Positions 63,465-64,000 of a stretch of DNA of 64,000 bases are shown here, in pieces. The stretch is taken from NCBI RefSeq assembly GCF_018977255.1, contig NW_024704742.1, positions 40,550,001 to 40,614,000 of the forward strand, given 5' to 3'. Source of the stretch: Callorhinchus milii. Lineage: Eukaryota. The translations under genes were made by a program, and so were the position numbers. The notes below the pieces were generated by a model, which did no database searches, was not told where the DNA came from, and was given only the letters and a program-made list of their open reading frames with translations. The number at the start of each line of letters is the position of its first letter. Positions within the stretch are counted from its first letter, which is position 1.

Positions 63465-63635
63465 GAAAAAAATGGTCACTTAATTGTTTGTGAGACACTG
63501 CTGTCCGCAATTCGCTGCTGCGTTTCGCCCACAACATACATAGTCAATCCACGTTACAATATATCCTGTGAAGCACTTTGAGACGCCTCAACAATGTGAT
63601 AAGTCGCTATTTCAAATGCAAGGATTATTATTATT
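63465..63635 (+). mobile_element. Deu-SINE 3' half
   Basis: TGTTTGTGAGACACTGCTGTCCGCAATTCGCTGCTGCG...GCAAGGATTATTATT. Confidence 0.85.
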
Positions 63636-64000
63636 AATTTAATTGGCAAACTCAAATGCTTCATAGCACAATCGTATAATTTTCGAACCTTAAGTGCAAA
63701 CCTAAATGACAAATGTTGCCAATCATTTATCTTAATTGTTTCTATTTGTCTGGTTTTCAAAGAAAAGACAGCGCTGAGCCACCATAATGGTATGGGTTAC
63801 TTCAGGTGGCAACAAGGTTTGTTAGACCAATATTCCACCAGCTGGGAGCTAATTTACTTAAGATGCTCTTTCTCTCATATTTCTACCTCCACTGAGCTGG
63901 TTGGCAGATAGTAGTGAAACCTATTTCATGTCATGCAAGAGCAATTTTGAACACTTAAGATTCTAGTAAAATGCATCAGACTACGGTATTTCAAAAGAAT

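Larger units (their letters stand above)
37636..63480 (+). pseudogene. Decayed WD40-repeat gene, WDR87/WDR97-like (candidate unitary pseudogene); probably continues beyond the window
   Basis: Candidate exons: 37636-37732 (open), ~39767-39980 joining 40315-~40472, ~43920-44170 (W..KLCLKFEKGH), 44535-44880, ~48410-48578 (LIISG...W), ~50750-50900, 51635-~51777 (DTRVTKPWD...G.L), 53092-53182 joining 53414-53457 (WSCIASNWQLKSLVKL|IAIGNAGGIIVII), ~54207-54830 (LFATG; SALEGVIIIW), 56018-~56130, ~58520-58852, 60036-60266 joining 60590 (DEAARCL|KSIGII), ~62970-63480. Stops or frameshifts in most exons; family assignment is from recalled motif resemblance only. Confidence 0.6.

Overview
Eukaryotic (vertebrate) genomic DNA, most likely from a cartilaginous fish (probably a holocephalan such as Callorhinchus, inferred only from the repeat families). 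No intact protein-coding gene, rRNA, true tRNA or CRISPR array is supportable. A large share of the window is retroposon debris: 5'-truncated L2 and CR1 LINEs, a young tRNA-headed Deu-type SINE that shares its 3' end with the L2, older SacSINE1-like Deu-SINEs, LF-SINE-like relics and a foldback MITE. Nearly all long ORFs in the track are LINE ORF2 fragments or their antisense shadows. Hidden in the non-repeat fraction are two divergently oriented, multi-exon genes that appear to be decaying in place. A plus-strand WD40-repeat gene (~37.6 kb to beyond 63 kb) resembles the WDR87/WDR97 family by my recall. An unidentified minus-strand gene (~36.5 kb to 1.5 kb) has large A-rich exons. Both keep phase-compatible GT-AG junctions but carry in-frame stops and frameshifts, and the plus-strand gene also has retroposons inserted into apparent exons. 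Their introns hold enhancer-like unique segments and CTCF/RFX motifs. The window also has four local inverted duplications (arms ~70-165 bp) that cross repeat/unique boundaries and look like template-switch repair scars. Exon calls and family assignments were made by eye and need homology searches.
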